Shown in pieces: positions 25,549 through 36,596 of a stretch of 64,000 nt of DNA. Below the pieces are notes generated by a model. That model had not been told where the DNA came from. It was given only the letters and a program-made list of their open reading frames with translations, and did no database searches. A program made the position numbers and the translations under genes. Every line of letters begins with the position of its first letter. Position 1 is the first letter of the stretch. This stretch comes from Squalus acanthias (Eukaryota), in assembly GCA_030390025.1 (NCBI GenBank), contig CM059432.1, forward strand, positions 146,756,001 through 146,820,000. The letters are read 5' to 3'.

Positions 25549-26637
25549 TGTAACTAGTGGGGTACCGCAAGGATCATAGAGTCATAACGGCACAGAAGGA
25601 GGCCATTCGGCCCATCGAGTCCGTGCCGGACTCGGATCAGTGCTTGGGCCTCAGCTATTCACAATCTACATCAATGATTTGGATGAGGGGACCAAATGTA
25701 ATATGTCCAAATTTGCTGATGATACAAAGCTGGGTGGGAATGTAAGTTGTGAGGAGGATGCAAGGAGGCTTCAAGGGGATATAGACAGGCTAAGTGAGTG
25801 GGCAAGAACATGGCAAGTGGAATATAATGTGGAGAAATGTGAAGTTATCCACTTTGGTAGGAAAAAAAGAAAAGCAGAGTATTTTTTAAATGGAGAGAGA
25901 TTGGGAAATTTTGGTGTTCAGAGGGACCTGGGTGTCGTTGTATACGGATCACTGAGTGTTAACATGCAGGTACTGCAAGCAATTAGGAAAGCAAATGGTA
26001 TGTTGGCCTTTAATACAAGAGGATTTGAGTATAAGAGTAAAGACGTCTTACTGCAATGACTGGTGAGACCACACCCGGAGTATTGTGTACAGTTTTGGTC
26101 TCCTTACCTAAGGAAGGATATACCTGCCATAGAGGGAGTGCAACGAAGGTTCACCAGACTGATTCCTGTGATGGGGGGATTGTCCTATGAGGAGAGATTG
26201 AGTAGACTAGGCCTATATTCTCTAGAGATTAGAAGAATGAGAGATGATCTCATTGAAACATACAAAATTCTAACCGGTCTTGACAGGGTAGATGCAGGGA
26301 GGATGTTTCCCCTGGCTGGGGAGTCTAGAACCAGGGGTCACAGTCTCAGAATAAGGGGTCGGCCATTTGGGACTGAGATGAGGAGAAATTTCTTCACTCA
26401 GAGGGTGGTGAATCTTTGAAATTCTCTACCCCAGAGGGCTGTGGAGGCTCAGTCTTTGATTATATTCAAAACAGAGATTGATAGATTTTTGAATATTAAG
26501 GGAATCAAGGGATATGGGGATAGTGCAGGAAAGTGGAGATGAGGTAGAAGATAAGCCATGATCCTATTGACTGGCGGAGCAGGCTCAAAGGGCCAAATGG
26601 CCGACTCCTGCTCCTAATTCTTATGTTCTTATGTTCT
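25549..26637 (+). mobile_element. CR1 5'-truncated copy with a short antisense CR1-tail insert at about 25578-25633
   Basis: ORFs 25640-26059 and 26063-26419; (TTCTTATG)n tail; the insert splits GVPQG|SVLGP and is flanked by GGATCA. Confidence 0.9.
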
Positions 26638-27631
26638 TTCACTCTGACTTACGCACACACTCTCTCTCTCCCTCACAGACAGACATGCTCTCTCACACTC
26701 TCTCATTCTCACTCGCTCTAACACCCTCACACACTCTCTCACTCTCTGACTTCCTCTCTCTCTCTCTCACTCTCACTCTCTCTCTCTCTCTCTCATAATT
26801 TCTCACTCTCTCACACACAGACTCGCATACACACACACACACAACTGGATTGAGATTGTCTGAACTAATTTCATATGTAAGATGCTTACAGATAGAAGTA
26901 GAAACTTTAATCCAATTAATAATCTGAGTTGAAGTAAAGCACAGGTCTACAGATGTGAAAGGATAGTGTGCTAATGCACTGCACCATCCTGCTCCTCTTA
27001 AAACATCAGCGTGCAACCATACATATTGCACCTGTAGCATTTACAGTCACTGAAGCTCAGAAGTGATGAGCGGTTCAATTGCTCTATCATACTTAAAGGT
27101 TACAATTCCAGGATTCTCTTACCTAGAACATATTAAAGAGCTGGTTCTCTAAGTGAGTGAGCAGCGACACTTGCCGGGAGCACCAGTTGAGAAATTGCAG
27201 GCCCACAGCCCCAAGTTGCTATCTATTAACTTAAATAGGCAGAACATTGAGGTCTGAAGGTCCACAATTTCCTGACTGGCGTTCCCTGCTCCTTGCTGGG
27301 AATGCCCGATTGAGGAATCACCTTTCAGTCTTGCATTTTGCATGCACTTCCTGTAAGGGTCACGCTTGCTTCCCTGTCATACTTTGTTGATGACATCCCC
27401 ATTGTAAAACCGAGTAACCTCCCACCCAAAATGAGCAATGCTCTGGGAGGTCTGCTATATCTTTTGCTCCATTTAAAATACTTGCCAACAAATGTGTCCT
27501 TTCTCCCCTTTGTGGCAGGCCAATAGACTAAGATTTTCACTGAAAAGCGGATTGTGCTGGCAGAGCTGGCACGGGACTGAGAAGGTTTGCCTTTACGAAG
27601 GACTTGCGCTCCAAGGTCATGGCTAGAAGCA

Positions 27632-27990
27632 AAAACAACGATAACAACTTGTATTTATATAGCGCCTTTAACGTAGTAAAACGTCCCAAGGCGCTTCACA
27701 GGAGTATTTTAAGACAACAAATTTGACACCGATCCACATAAGGATAAATTAGGGCAGGTGACCAAAAGCTTGGTCAAAGAGGTAGGTTTTAAGGAGCGTC
27801 TTAAAGGAGGAAAGAGAGGTAGCGAGGCGGAGAGGTTTAGGGAGGGAATTCCACAGCTTAGGGCCTAGGCAACAGAAGGCACGGCCACCAAAGGTTGAGC
27901 GATTATAATCAGGGATGCTCAGGAGGGCAGAATTAGAGGAGCACAGATATCTCAGGGGTTCTGGGGCTGAAGGAGATTACAGAGATAGGA
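27632..27990 (-). mobile_element. L2 LINE 3' end
   Basis: LWNSLP..LSSFKTLLKTYLF C-terminus; tail AAAGGCGCTATATAAATACAAG(TTG)n on the minus strand. Confidence 0.85.
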
Positions 27991-28517
27991 AAGAAAGATA
28001 AACAAAGGAATTTGTAGAGGATTTATCAAGAAATATTTGTCATGGCCTGTTGTCACCATTGAGTGTTTACCCTGTCACTCCAAGCAGATGATCTGACTGT
28101 TTGCCTTCAAGCTCAGGGTCTACTAATTGTGTGAGAAATCGTCAGTCACCTATAGTAGTCTACAAATGTATGAGCACGATAAATAGATAGGCTCTTGCTG
28201 TTTTTAAAACACACTGTTGTCTGGTTTTGCAATTTGGCTTGAGTAACCGTAATACGAATTTTTTAAGGGATTTCTAAGACTTTATCAGATGTAACAGAAT
28301 GTTGATGCAGGAGAGCAGAGCCTTGCGGTCATGTTATTGATTCCATCTGCAGTGTGCTCACAACTGCAGGGTCTCCACTTCTGACAAACTGTAGCCAGAA
28401 ATCCAAATTTACAATAAAATCAGGTTTACAAGGATTAATTAAATCACGACAATTTCTACAAATCAAAAGTGCAGTCATCTGCAAAACAGAGGCTCAATCA
28501 GAGTTATATTATTGTCT

Positions 28518-28800
28518 TCACAGAATCCCCACAGTGCAGATAGAGGCCATTTCGGTCCATCGAGCCTGCACCGACACATATCCCAGTAACCCGACGTATT
28601 TAATCCCCCTACCACTAAGGGTCAATTTATCATAGCCAAATCAACCTAACCCGCAGATCTTTGGACTGTGGGAGGAAACCGGAGAAAACCCACGCAGACA
28701 CGGGGAGAATGTGCAAACTCCACACAGACAGTCACCCGCGGCCGGATTCGAACCCGGGTCCCTGGCGCTGTGAGGCAACAGTGCTAACCACTATGCCACC
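28518..28800 (-). mobile_element. tRNA-derived V-SINE (HE1-like)
   Basis: A box TGGCATAGTGG, B box GGTTCGAATCC, V-domain TGTGTGGAGTTTGCACATTCTCCCCGTGTCTGCGTGGGTTT, CR1-like tail. Confidence 0.85.
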
Positions 28801-29211
28801 GGCTTCTTCCTGTGGTTTCTTATACGTGAACTTTTAGATGTAAAACCAAACATTTTTGCTTCTGAATTCATCATTTGCAACACATGCTCAGCGTTGCTAG
28901 TGAACATCAGTTCAGGTGGCTTGCTCTTTAATGCTGTATCCAGCTCCATATTTCAAGTTCAAGACACAACAGCTGAGGCCTCTGCCCCATCTCTTCTTCC
29001 TGATAGGTGCCTCACTGCCTCCAGCTCTGTTTCCGGCCCCAGGATCATTCATGTGTGGGAGGAAAGCTCCCTGGCCTCATGGCAATACCAGTAATGGGGT
29101 GGAGATATGCTGTGGTTAGAAGGACTAAACTGAAAACAGAGGCTGTGTCTGTCTTTTACCTTGAGGCTCTTTTATTTTGGTGTCAGTGAGATAATTGTGC
29201 CATAGTTTCAA

Positions 29212-29373
29212 GATGCGGAGATGCCGGTGTTGGACTGGGGTGGACAAAAATGAGAAGTCGCACAACACCAGGTTATAGTCCAACTGTACCTGACGAAGGG
29301 GCAGCAGCTCCGAAAGCTCGTAATTTCAAATAAAACTGTTGGACTATAACCTGGTGTTGTGCGACTTCTCATT
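29212..29373. mobile_element. Second copy of the Penelope-like palindromic mini-element, left arm partly deleted
   Basis: Near-identical to 10414-10644; TSD ATAGTTTCAA(GA) at 29202 and 29374; plus-strand hammerhead core at 29287-29322. Confidence 0.8.
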
Positions 29374-29439
29374 ATAGTTTCAAGAAGCATGTGTCTCACA
29401 CAGCAAATGGCAATCTCAATGTAAACCTCTTTCTAAGTG

Positions 29440-29685
29440 CCAGCTTGGCTCCCTCCTACTCCAGTACTTGAAGTAATAATCTAGGTGGACACCTCAGTGT
29501 AGCACTGAGGGGGTACTGCATTGTCAATGCCAACTTTTGGATGAACCGTTAAACCGAGGTCTCGTCTATCTGTTCAAGTGAATGTGAAAGATCCCAAGGC
29601 AGGATTTGAAGAAGAGTAGGGAGTTCTGCCAGTGTCCTGGTCAATATTCCTCCCTCAGCCAACACTACCAAAAGTACAGATTAAA
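29440..29685 (+). mobile_element. Deu-domain SINE fragment (SacSINE1/AmnSINE1-like)
   Basis: CGTTAAACCGAGG..AAAGATCCCA..GAAGAAGAG..GGGAGTTCT..GTGTCCTGG.CAATATT, matches my recollection of the Deu domain. Confidence 0.65.
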
Positions 29686-30401
29686 ATGCTCATTTTAACT
29701 GCATAAGCTTTAAGGTAATTGGCAAAAGAGCCAGAGGTGAGATGAACTTTGTACTTTGTGTTAATTTGTTTTATGCTAAAAGTGTATGATAGTTATAAGG
29801 AGGTAGGATAGTGCTCTCTCTTTTGTTGTGATTTGAACCTGGTCTAGTTGGTTGAGCCGGTTTGTTTTTACAGCTAACTGATGTAGGCAGGTTTACTGTG
29901 ATATTTATTGCTTGGTAAATTAGTCACATGAAACACTCTATTGCCTTTGTACTACATCGGAGGTATTTTGTTAAATCACCTGTTGCATGCTGGGAGTTTG
30001 CAAGGGATTCTGGGACTTATTTTATAATGAGCCCCCAGAATAAAACCCTCCAGCGGATGGATTAAAAATGGTTATACTTGTAAGACCCTAGTTGACCTAG
30101 CTCAGAATAGGAACTGAGAAAACTGATTGAACTTTTCAGTAGTGTATTCAGTACTAAATTAAGGACATGCTTACTGATTAAAGGGAAAAGAAATTCAAAT
30201 GTTGGCCATAAGCAGAACTGTCTGTCGGTAAAAATGTGTTGCCAGTCATCACTACTGAACTCTAGCCAAGGGTTTGTGTATTACGACCTATTTCTTCAGA
30301 ATTGGGAAGCTCAACACGAAGCTAAATAAATTGGTAATATTAAAGAGGGAACAATTTAAACTGGCTCTATTTATCACATTTCTATAATATTCACATTCAT
30401 A

Positions 30402-31253
30402 GGCCGCGATTTTTTCAATGGAGGCGTGTTGGGTGCGGGTCAGGTGGTTTCCGGCTTCCAGTCCCGCCCCCAACTGTATCCGGCCCACAGACGTGATTTT
30501 ACGTTGATTGACCTTGTTAAGCCTGCCCTGCTGGCTTGCCGGCCAATTAGGAGGAAGCCGGTCAGATGGCGTCATCTGCCGGTTTTCTTAAAGGGACCAT
30601 GCACAATTTTGTTTTGGACAGCTGATTTCTCAGTGTTTGGGTGCTGCAAACACTGACAATCACTGTACAAAGGTGAGCTCTTGCACCCAGGCTCTCCAAT
30701 GACTCCACCCATAGGCTGGAATAGATGGCAGCTGCAGGTGAGCTGACAGAAGCGATCTGTCACTGGTGAGAGAGGTTCTCCCAATGAGGTGGGAGTGGAC
30801 ATGGATTTCAAAACTTGTTACCTAAAGAAATGTGTAAATGCATTAAAAATGCATTTCCCAACATTTTCTTACCTCTGAGACTCACCAGTGACCCATTGGA
30901 TCCTTCACACCACTTCTGCAGCTGTCATCAATCCAGAAACATTACAGCAGACTCACAACACGCCACACTTGCCTGGCGTGGTGTCTGGAGATCGGGAAAC
31001 CTGAGGCAGAAGCGGCAAAATTAAAAAATAGCCTGTCAACTACTATCAAGTACCTGTTAACAGGCAGGTAATTGGCTTTAATACTCTTTCCGCCGCTAGG
31101 TGTCAGGACCATGCGCAAATCGGGGACCCAACACTTGGGAAAATTGTTTGTAGGCGGGTTGATGGCGGGATCGCAACCCGCTGTCATTCAAAACGATTTT
31201 AACCTTTGACCCGCCTCCAAACCCGCCCTCTCAGTGCCGATAAAATCGCAGCC
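30402..31253. mobile_element. Harbinger-type non-autonomous element (852 bp)
   Basis: TIRs GGCCGCGATTTT / AAAATCGCAGCC, TSD ATA. Confidence 0.85.
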
Positions 31254-31809
31254 ATAATTTCTGATCAGCAACAAGTCATTCAGATTGATAGCCTGTTCTG
31301 ATGAGCTGCTCGGATACATCACTGAACAGCAATAATGTGGATTATTTGTATTCATAAATTCCCTGATAGCAGACCTTGGTGCCATGTGCTTAATGGCGAC
31401 CAGGAAGGAAGCACAAATTAAATTGTTGAGTTTATCTTGATTTGCTCACAATTTCTAACACACAGCATTCTAATGCACTGATCTCACTCGATTTGTGACA
31501 CTCTCACAACATGGTTTACCTGAGCTGACTAGAAAACGACTGCCACCACCTGTCAGACATGTTTATTTACAGCTTTACAACAGCCATTGCAACCCAATGG
31601 TCTCTGCTTAAAATGAAGGGCATAAATAATCATTTGTCTTTGTAGTTTATGGCCTGTGAACAAAATTGCAGGGAAGTGCGGCTTGGAAATGTGTGATTTC
31701 TGAGAGTAAAATATAGCAGCCAGCTAGCCATTTAATGGTAAAATTGTCAAAGTTCATGAATCCAGCTGTACAATATTTGTGGAGAAGGCTCAATGGAAGT
31801 TCAGAGAAT

Positions 31810-32470
31810 CACATAAGGAGATATTAGGACAGATGGCCAAAAGCTTGGTCAAAGAGGTAGGTTTTAAGGAGCATCTTAAAGGAGGAGAGAGAGGTAGCGA
31901 GGTGGAAAGGTTTAGGCAGAGAATTCCAGAGCTTAGGGCCTAGGCAACAGAAGGCATGGCTGCCAAAGGTTGAGCGATTATAATCAGGGATGCTCAAGAG
32001 GGCAGAATTAGAGGAGCGCAGATATCTCGGAGGGGGGGGGGGGGCGGTTGTGGGACTGGAGGAGATTACAGAGATAGGGAGGGGCGAGGCCATGGAGGGA
32101 TTTGAAAACAAGGATGAGATTTTTGAAATTGTGGCATTGCTTAACCGGGAGCCAATATAGGTCAGAGAGCACAGGGGTGATGGGTGAAAGGGATTTGGTG
32201 CGAGTTAGGACTCAGCAGCTGAGTTTTGGATGACCTCAAGTTTAGGTAGGGGAGAATGTGGGAGGCCAGCTGGGAGTGCGTTGGAATAGTCAAGTCTAGA
32301 GGTAACAAAGGCATGGATGAGGGTTTCAGCAGCAGATGAGATGAGGCAAGGGCGGAGACATCGAGTTCAACAATTTCAGACCATTGCCTCTGCCCCTATG
32401 TTACGGAGGTGAAAATAGGTGGTCTTAGTTATGCCGTGGATATGTGGTCGGAAGCTCATTTCAGGGTCAA
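31810..32470 (-). mobile_element. L2 LINE fragment
   Basis: ORF 31824-32111 (GPKLWNSLPK..SSFKMLLKTYLF); FVTSRLDYSNALL upstream. Confidence 0.85.
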
Positions 32471-32472
32471 AG

Positions 32473-33125
32473 GTGTGACAGCGTCTCTGCAGGGCTGCTT
32501 CACGCACGCTTTTCTGTGCGTGGTTAGGACACAGCGTAATGGAGAGCGAAAATGTCTAAATTAGCAGTTGTGGTGTCAAAGCAGGCGTTGCACGCCGATT
32601 GACGTCAGGATCTGCCTATTTAAATTTGAGAGGCCGGCGCTATCAGCGGCAGTGCTGTGGCCCTTACCAAAATGGCGGCTGCCGTGTCCAGCACTGGAAG
32701 CGATGCGGCTGCCATTTTTTTCTACAAAACCGTCCTTAATGGCCAGCGTTACAGCATCGAATTTCTCGGCCCAAGAGTGTTCACTCACCTCATTCTCGAA
32801 TAACTTCACTGTGTGTCTTAGCAATCATTTTTTTAATTATACTTCTACATAATTATGTCTACTCAAGCACCAACTGTGCCCAGAGGACTGAAGGGCATGG
32901 TTGCAAGCCAGAAAAGAACATACAACTTCATGATTCAGACCTCCAAGTGCCCCTGGAGGCAGGATGACAATATTTCTGGGTGTAGGTGCTACTAAGTCTC
33001 CCAGAATTATTACTTGTGCCACCTGTAAGGGAGTGGCATTGGCACTGAGTGCCAACTCCCTCACCCACCAGGATTGCAGAACAGTGCTGCAAAAAGTTCC
33101 ACATCTTTAGCAGGGCAGGCAAGGT
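32473..33125. mobile_element. Harbinger remnants: a terminal fragment (32473-32771) and a decayed Myb exon (about 32900-33125)
   Basis: GAATTTCTCGGCC end similar to the 55042 TIR; reverse complement of 55042-55320; RIAEQCCKKF..RAGK|GT. Confidence 0.6.
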
Positions 33126-33300
33126 AACACACTGCACTCCTCGCTCCTTTTTCTTCCTTGCCTACCCTTTTAAAGCGACATTTGAATGGAAAGGAAAATC
33201 GGGTGGGGTGTGTAATGGGCAGCTGATTCGATACGGTTCATTTTCCACCCCTGCCCAAGTTGAAAGTTACTCTCAAACTGCCAGGCCTTTATATCATTAA

Positions 33301-33745
33301 TACAAAAGCAAAATACTGCGGATGCTGGAAATCTGAAATAAAAACAGAAAATGCTGGAAATACTCAGCCGGTCAGGCAGCATCTGTGGAGAGAGAAACAG
33401 AGTTAACGTTTCAGGTCGATGACCCTTCGTCAGAAATGGAAAAAGTTGGAGATGGAACAGGTTTTTAAGCAAGTGCAGGGGGCAGAGAGAGGGGGGCGGG
33501 GGAGGAAAGAACAAAAGGGAAGGTCTGTGATAGGATGGAAGGCAGGAGAGATTAAATGACAAAAGGGATGATGGTGCGAGGCAAAAGGAGATGGTAATGG
33601 GACAAGTTAAGAAATAAAAGATGACTCTAGATGAAGTGTAAATGGCAATGGCAGAATGATTGACAGCTGCCATGTGAGAGAGGTTATGGTCTGAAATTAT
33701 TGAACTCGATGTTGAGTCCAGAAGGCTGTAAAGTGCCTAATCGAA
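33301..33745 (-). mobile_element. Penelope-like element 3' end (GIY-YIG C-terminus + pseudo-LTR)
   Basis: Minus strand RLGTLQPSGLNIEFNNFR, then a pyrimidine-rich UTR and a hammerhead core. Confidence 0.8.
33401..33437 (-). ncRNA. Minimal hammerhead ribozyme motif
   Basis: CTGACGA-A-GGGTC(atc)GACCT-GAAA-CGTT-AACT with palindromic AACGTT; stem I is weak in this copy. Confidence 0.6.
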
Positions 33746-33857
33746 GGATAATCCTTTATCATTATTGGGTTAAAATCCTGGAATTTCCTACCCAACACCA
33801 TTGTGGGAGCACCATAAGCACAAGGCTCACCATCACCTTCTCAGGCAAACTAGGGAC

Positions 33858-34450
33858 CTGTACAGGGCCTTGGTGAGACCACACCTTGAGTATTGTGTGC
33901 AGTTTTGGTCACCTTATCTGAGGAAGGATGTTCTTGCCATGGAGGGAGTTCAGCGAAGATTCACAAGGCTGATACCTGGGATGGCAGGAATGACATATGA
34001 GGAGAGATTGGGTCGATTGGGCTTATACTCACTGGAGTATAGAAGAATGAGAGGGGATCTCATCGAAACATATAAAATTCTGACAGGTCTGGACAAACTA
34101 GATGCAGGAAGAATGTTCCCGATGGTCGGAGAGTCCAGAACCAGGGGTCATAATCTAAGGATAAGGGGTAAGCCATTTAGGACAGAAATGAGGAAGAATT
34201 TCTTCACCCAGAGAGTGGTGAACCTGTGGAATTCTCTACCACAGAAGGTAGTTGAGGCCAAGTCATTAAATATATTCAAGAATGAGTTAGATATATTTCT
34301 TAAAGCTAAAGGTATCAAGGGATATGGGGAGAAGGCAGGTACAGGGTACTGAGTTTGGATGATCAGCCATGATCTCATCGAATGGCGGAGCAGGCTTGAG
34401 GGGCCGAATGGCCTACTCCTGCTCCTATCTTCTATGTCTATGTTTCTATG
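33858..34450 (+). mobile_element. CR1 3' fragment (preceded by a short tail piece of the poly(A) LINE family at about 33760-33857)
   Basis: ORF 33801-34352; TTCTATG tail. Confidence 0.92.
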
Positions 34451-34724
34451 CTGTAAATGTAACCTTGCCAACGTCGCTCACATCCTGGTAACAAAAAAAA
34501 ATGGGCCATAGGTTGAATGTGTGTGAGCGATGGTTCATCTGTTATCAGCGTGATCCCTGCTGACTAAGTGTAAACAGGTTGTAGCTGTGGCGTTCTTGAC
34601 TGCTCAGCTTAGATAATTTCAGACTGAAAAGCAAAAATAACACCTAAAGGAAGAAAAGAGATTGGTTAAAAAGAAATTCCATATTATGTTTCTGGAAAGT
34701 GGTTTTGTGAATTTAAAAAGTAAA

Positions 34725-36460
34725 GGCCGTGATTTTACTAACCTCGGTGGGTCCATGGTGGGTGACGCATGGCGGGCTCCATCCCGCTGTGAAATGAATT
34801 TCCCCTGATTGGGCTCGTTAAACCCGCCCAGCGCGTTTCCCGGCCAATTAGAGGAAGCGGGTCTGGTGATGTCATTTGATGACGCTTCATCAGCCGGTTT
34901 CCTTAAAGGGACCATGGCCAAATTTATTTTGACAGTTGTGCTGTCAGTGTTCTACAGCATTGAGGTGCTGCAAACACTGACAGTCACTGTACAGAGGTGC
35001 ACGGCTGCACCCAGGTTCTCCCATGACTCCCTCCATATGCTTATGGAGGGAGTCACAGCATGCAGGGAGGTTCTCTTCCCTTCCAGTGGGTAGAAGAGAC
35101 CTCCCCAGGAGATCAACACAGCCTGGTTGCATATTGCACAGGAGGGCACAAGCAGGGATGTGGTCAGGAGGACCAGGCTGCAGTGGCGCAAACCTTTCAA
35201 TGATCTCAGTAGATCACAAAACGTTACTGCAAAGCCACACTCAACCTCATCCTGCTGTGCCTCTCATCACATCCCCATCACTCTGCCTTTCCTACCCTAA
35301 TCCTGCACATCCTTACTCATACCAGCTTACCTTGCCCCTCCACCCATCCCTCTCTCTCTCCATCTACATTATCACTTCCCCATCTCACTAGTCACCCCTG
35401 ACACTCACCCTCATCCTAGTGCAATCATACCAACTAACAACACACAAGGGTAGGCACTTGGGTGTTTTAGCCAATGTTCATGTAAAGTTTCTGTTAATGT
35501 GGTGTCAAACATTAAAACCTTTATTTTCAACACTTTGCATTCTTGGACAGATTTGTGTGCACCTTTGGAAGTGGCTTGATGAGTTGCAGTGAATAGTGAG
35601 ATATAACGGTACCCTCTGCAATGCTGATGAGTGTGAAAGGAATGGTTTGGACATTGTAGGGATGCTTTATGGTGTTGGTGTGGGGTGGTGCCAACCTGGT
35701 GCATCATGTGGCAGCCAGGGTGTGCAGCGTCAAGTGAAATAAATGTGGCCATGGTGAGGCATTATGGTCAGGTGCGGATGCCCTGTGTCTTGTGCAGCAC
35801 CAGGTGATTGCGGAGAAGGTTGGTGGTGTTGTTGTTGGTGCTGCTGGTGTGCCTGGTGATGCTGGTGTTGGGGCTGATCGTGGTCAGCTTCTGAGGATCA
35901 AGCTTAGAGAGTATGAAATGCACCAATGCTGATGGAATAGATGGCAGGTGAAGTAGAGATGACAGAAGTGATCTGTCAATGGTGGGAGAGATAATGAGGT
36001 CAGACAGGATGGAGACTTGTGTAAAGACTTGCAGCATCCTGAATCTGTAGTGGAAATGCAGTTTAGAGAAGCTAGTGGTTAAGGGAACATATTTCAATCA
36101 ATTGGGAGCTTTAACTTGACATTTGAAGCTGCCAACTCATCAGCTGATTCAATGGTCATTGACCTCCCACCTCAGCTTCACAGACGAGTTCTAGGCACAG
36201 TGGGAAATCAGTGGACGACCTGTTAAATCCAAAAAGCTGGGAAAAAACCATTGATAAATGGCTGTAAACAAGCCACTAATGATTTTAACTGCCTCCCCTG
36301 CTGCTGCCTGTCGGGCCTGCTCAGCGCCGGCAGACCTGACATCGGGAAAGTCCAGTGCATGTGTTTTGACAGCGGGTTCCCAATCCGCAGTCAATCATTT
36401 TAAATTTAACAGCTGACCCACCACCCATCCCGTCAGCTGAGCGCCGGCAAAACTCTGGCC
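34725..36460 (+). mobile_element. Non-autonomous Harbinger derivative
   Basis: Imperfect TIRs GGCCGTGATTTT / AAAACTCTGGCC (TSD not preserved); Myb remnant RLQWRKPFNDL at about 35175-35210; inverted homolog of 11690-13346. Confidence 0.7.
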
Positions 36461-36596
36461 ACGTTAACCGGATTGGATATAAAGATTTCTTTGACTCATC
36501 AATTCCCTCTCTTCCTCTTCTTAAAAGAGATATACTTGTATTTATATAGCGCCTTTCATGGCCCCATGATGTCCCAAAACATTACAATGAAGTACT

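Noticed and set aside
28740..28800. tRNA genes at the SINE heads (also 58725-58787 and 54250-54330)
   Set aside because: They have A/B boxes but continue into SINE or LINE bodies, with no convincing full cloverleaf.
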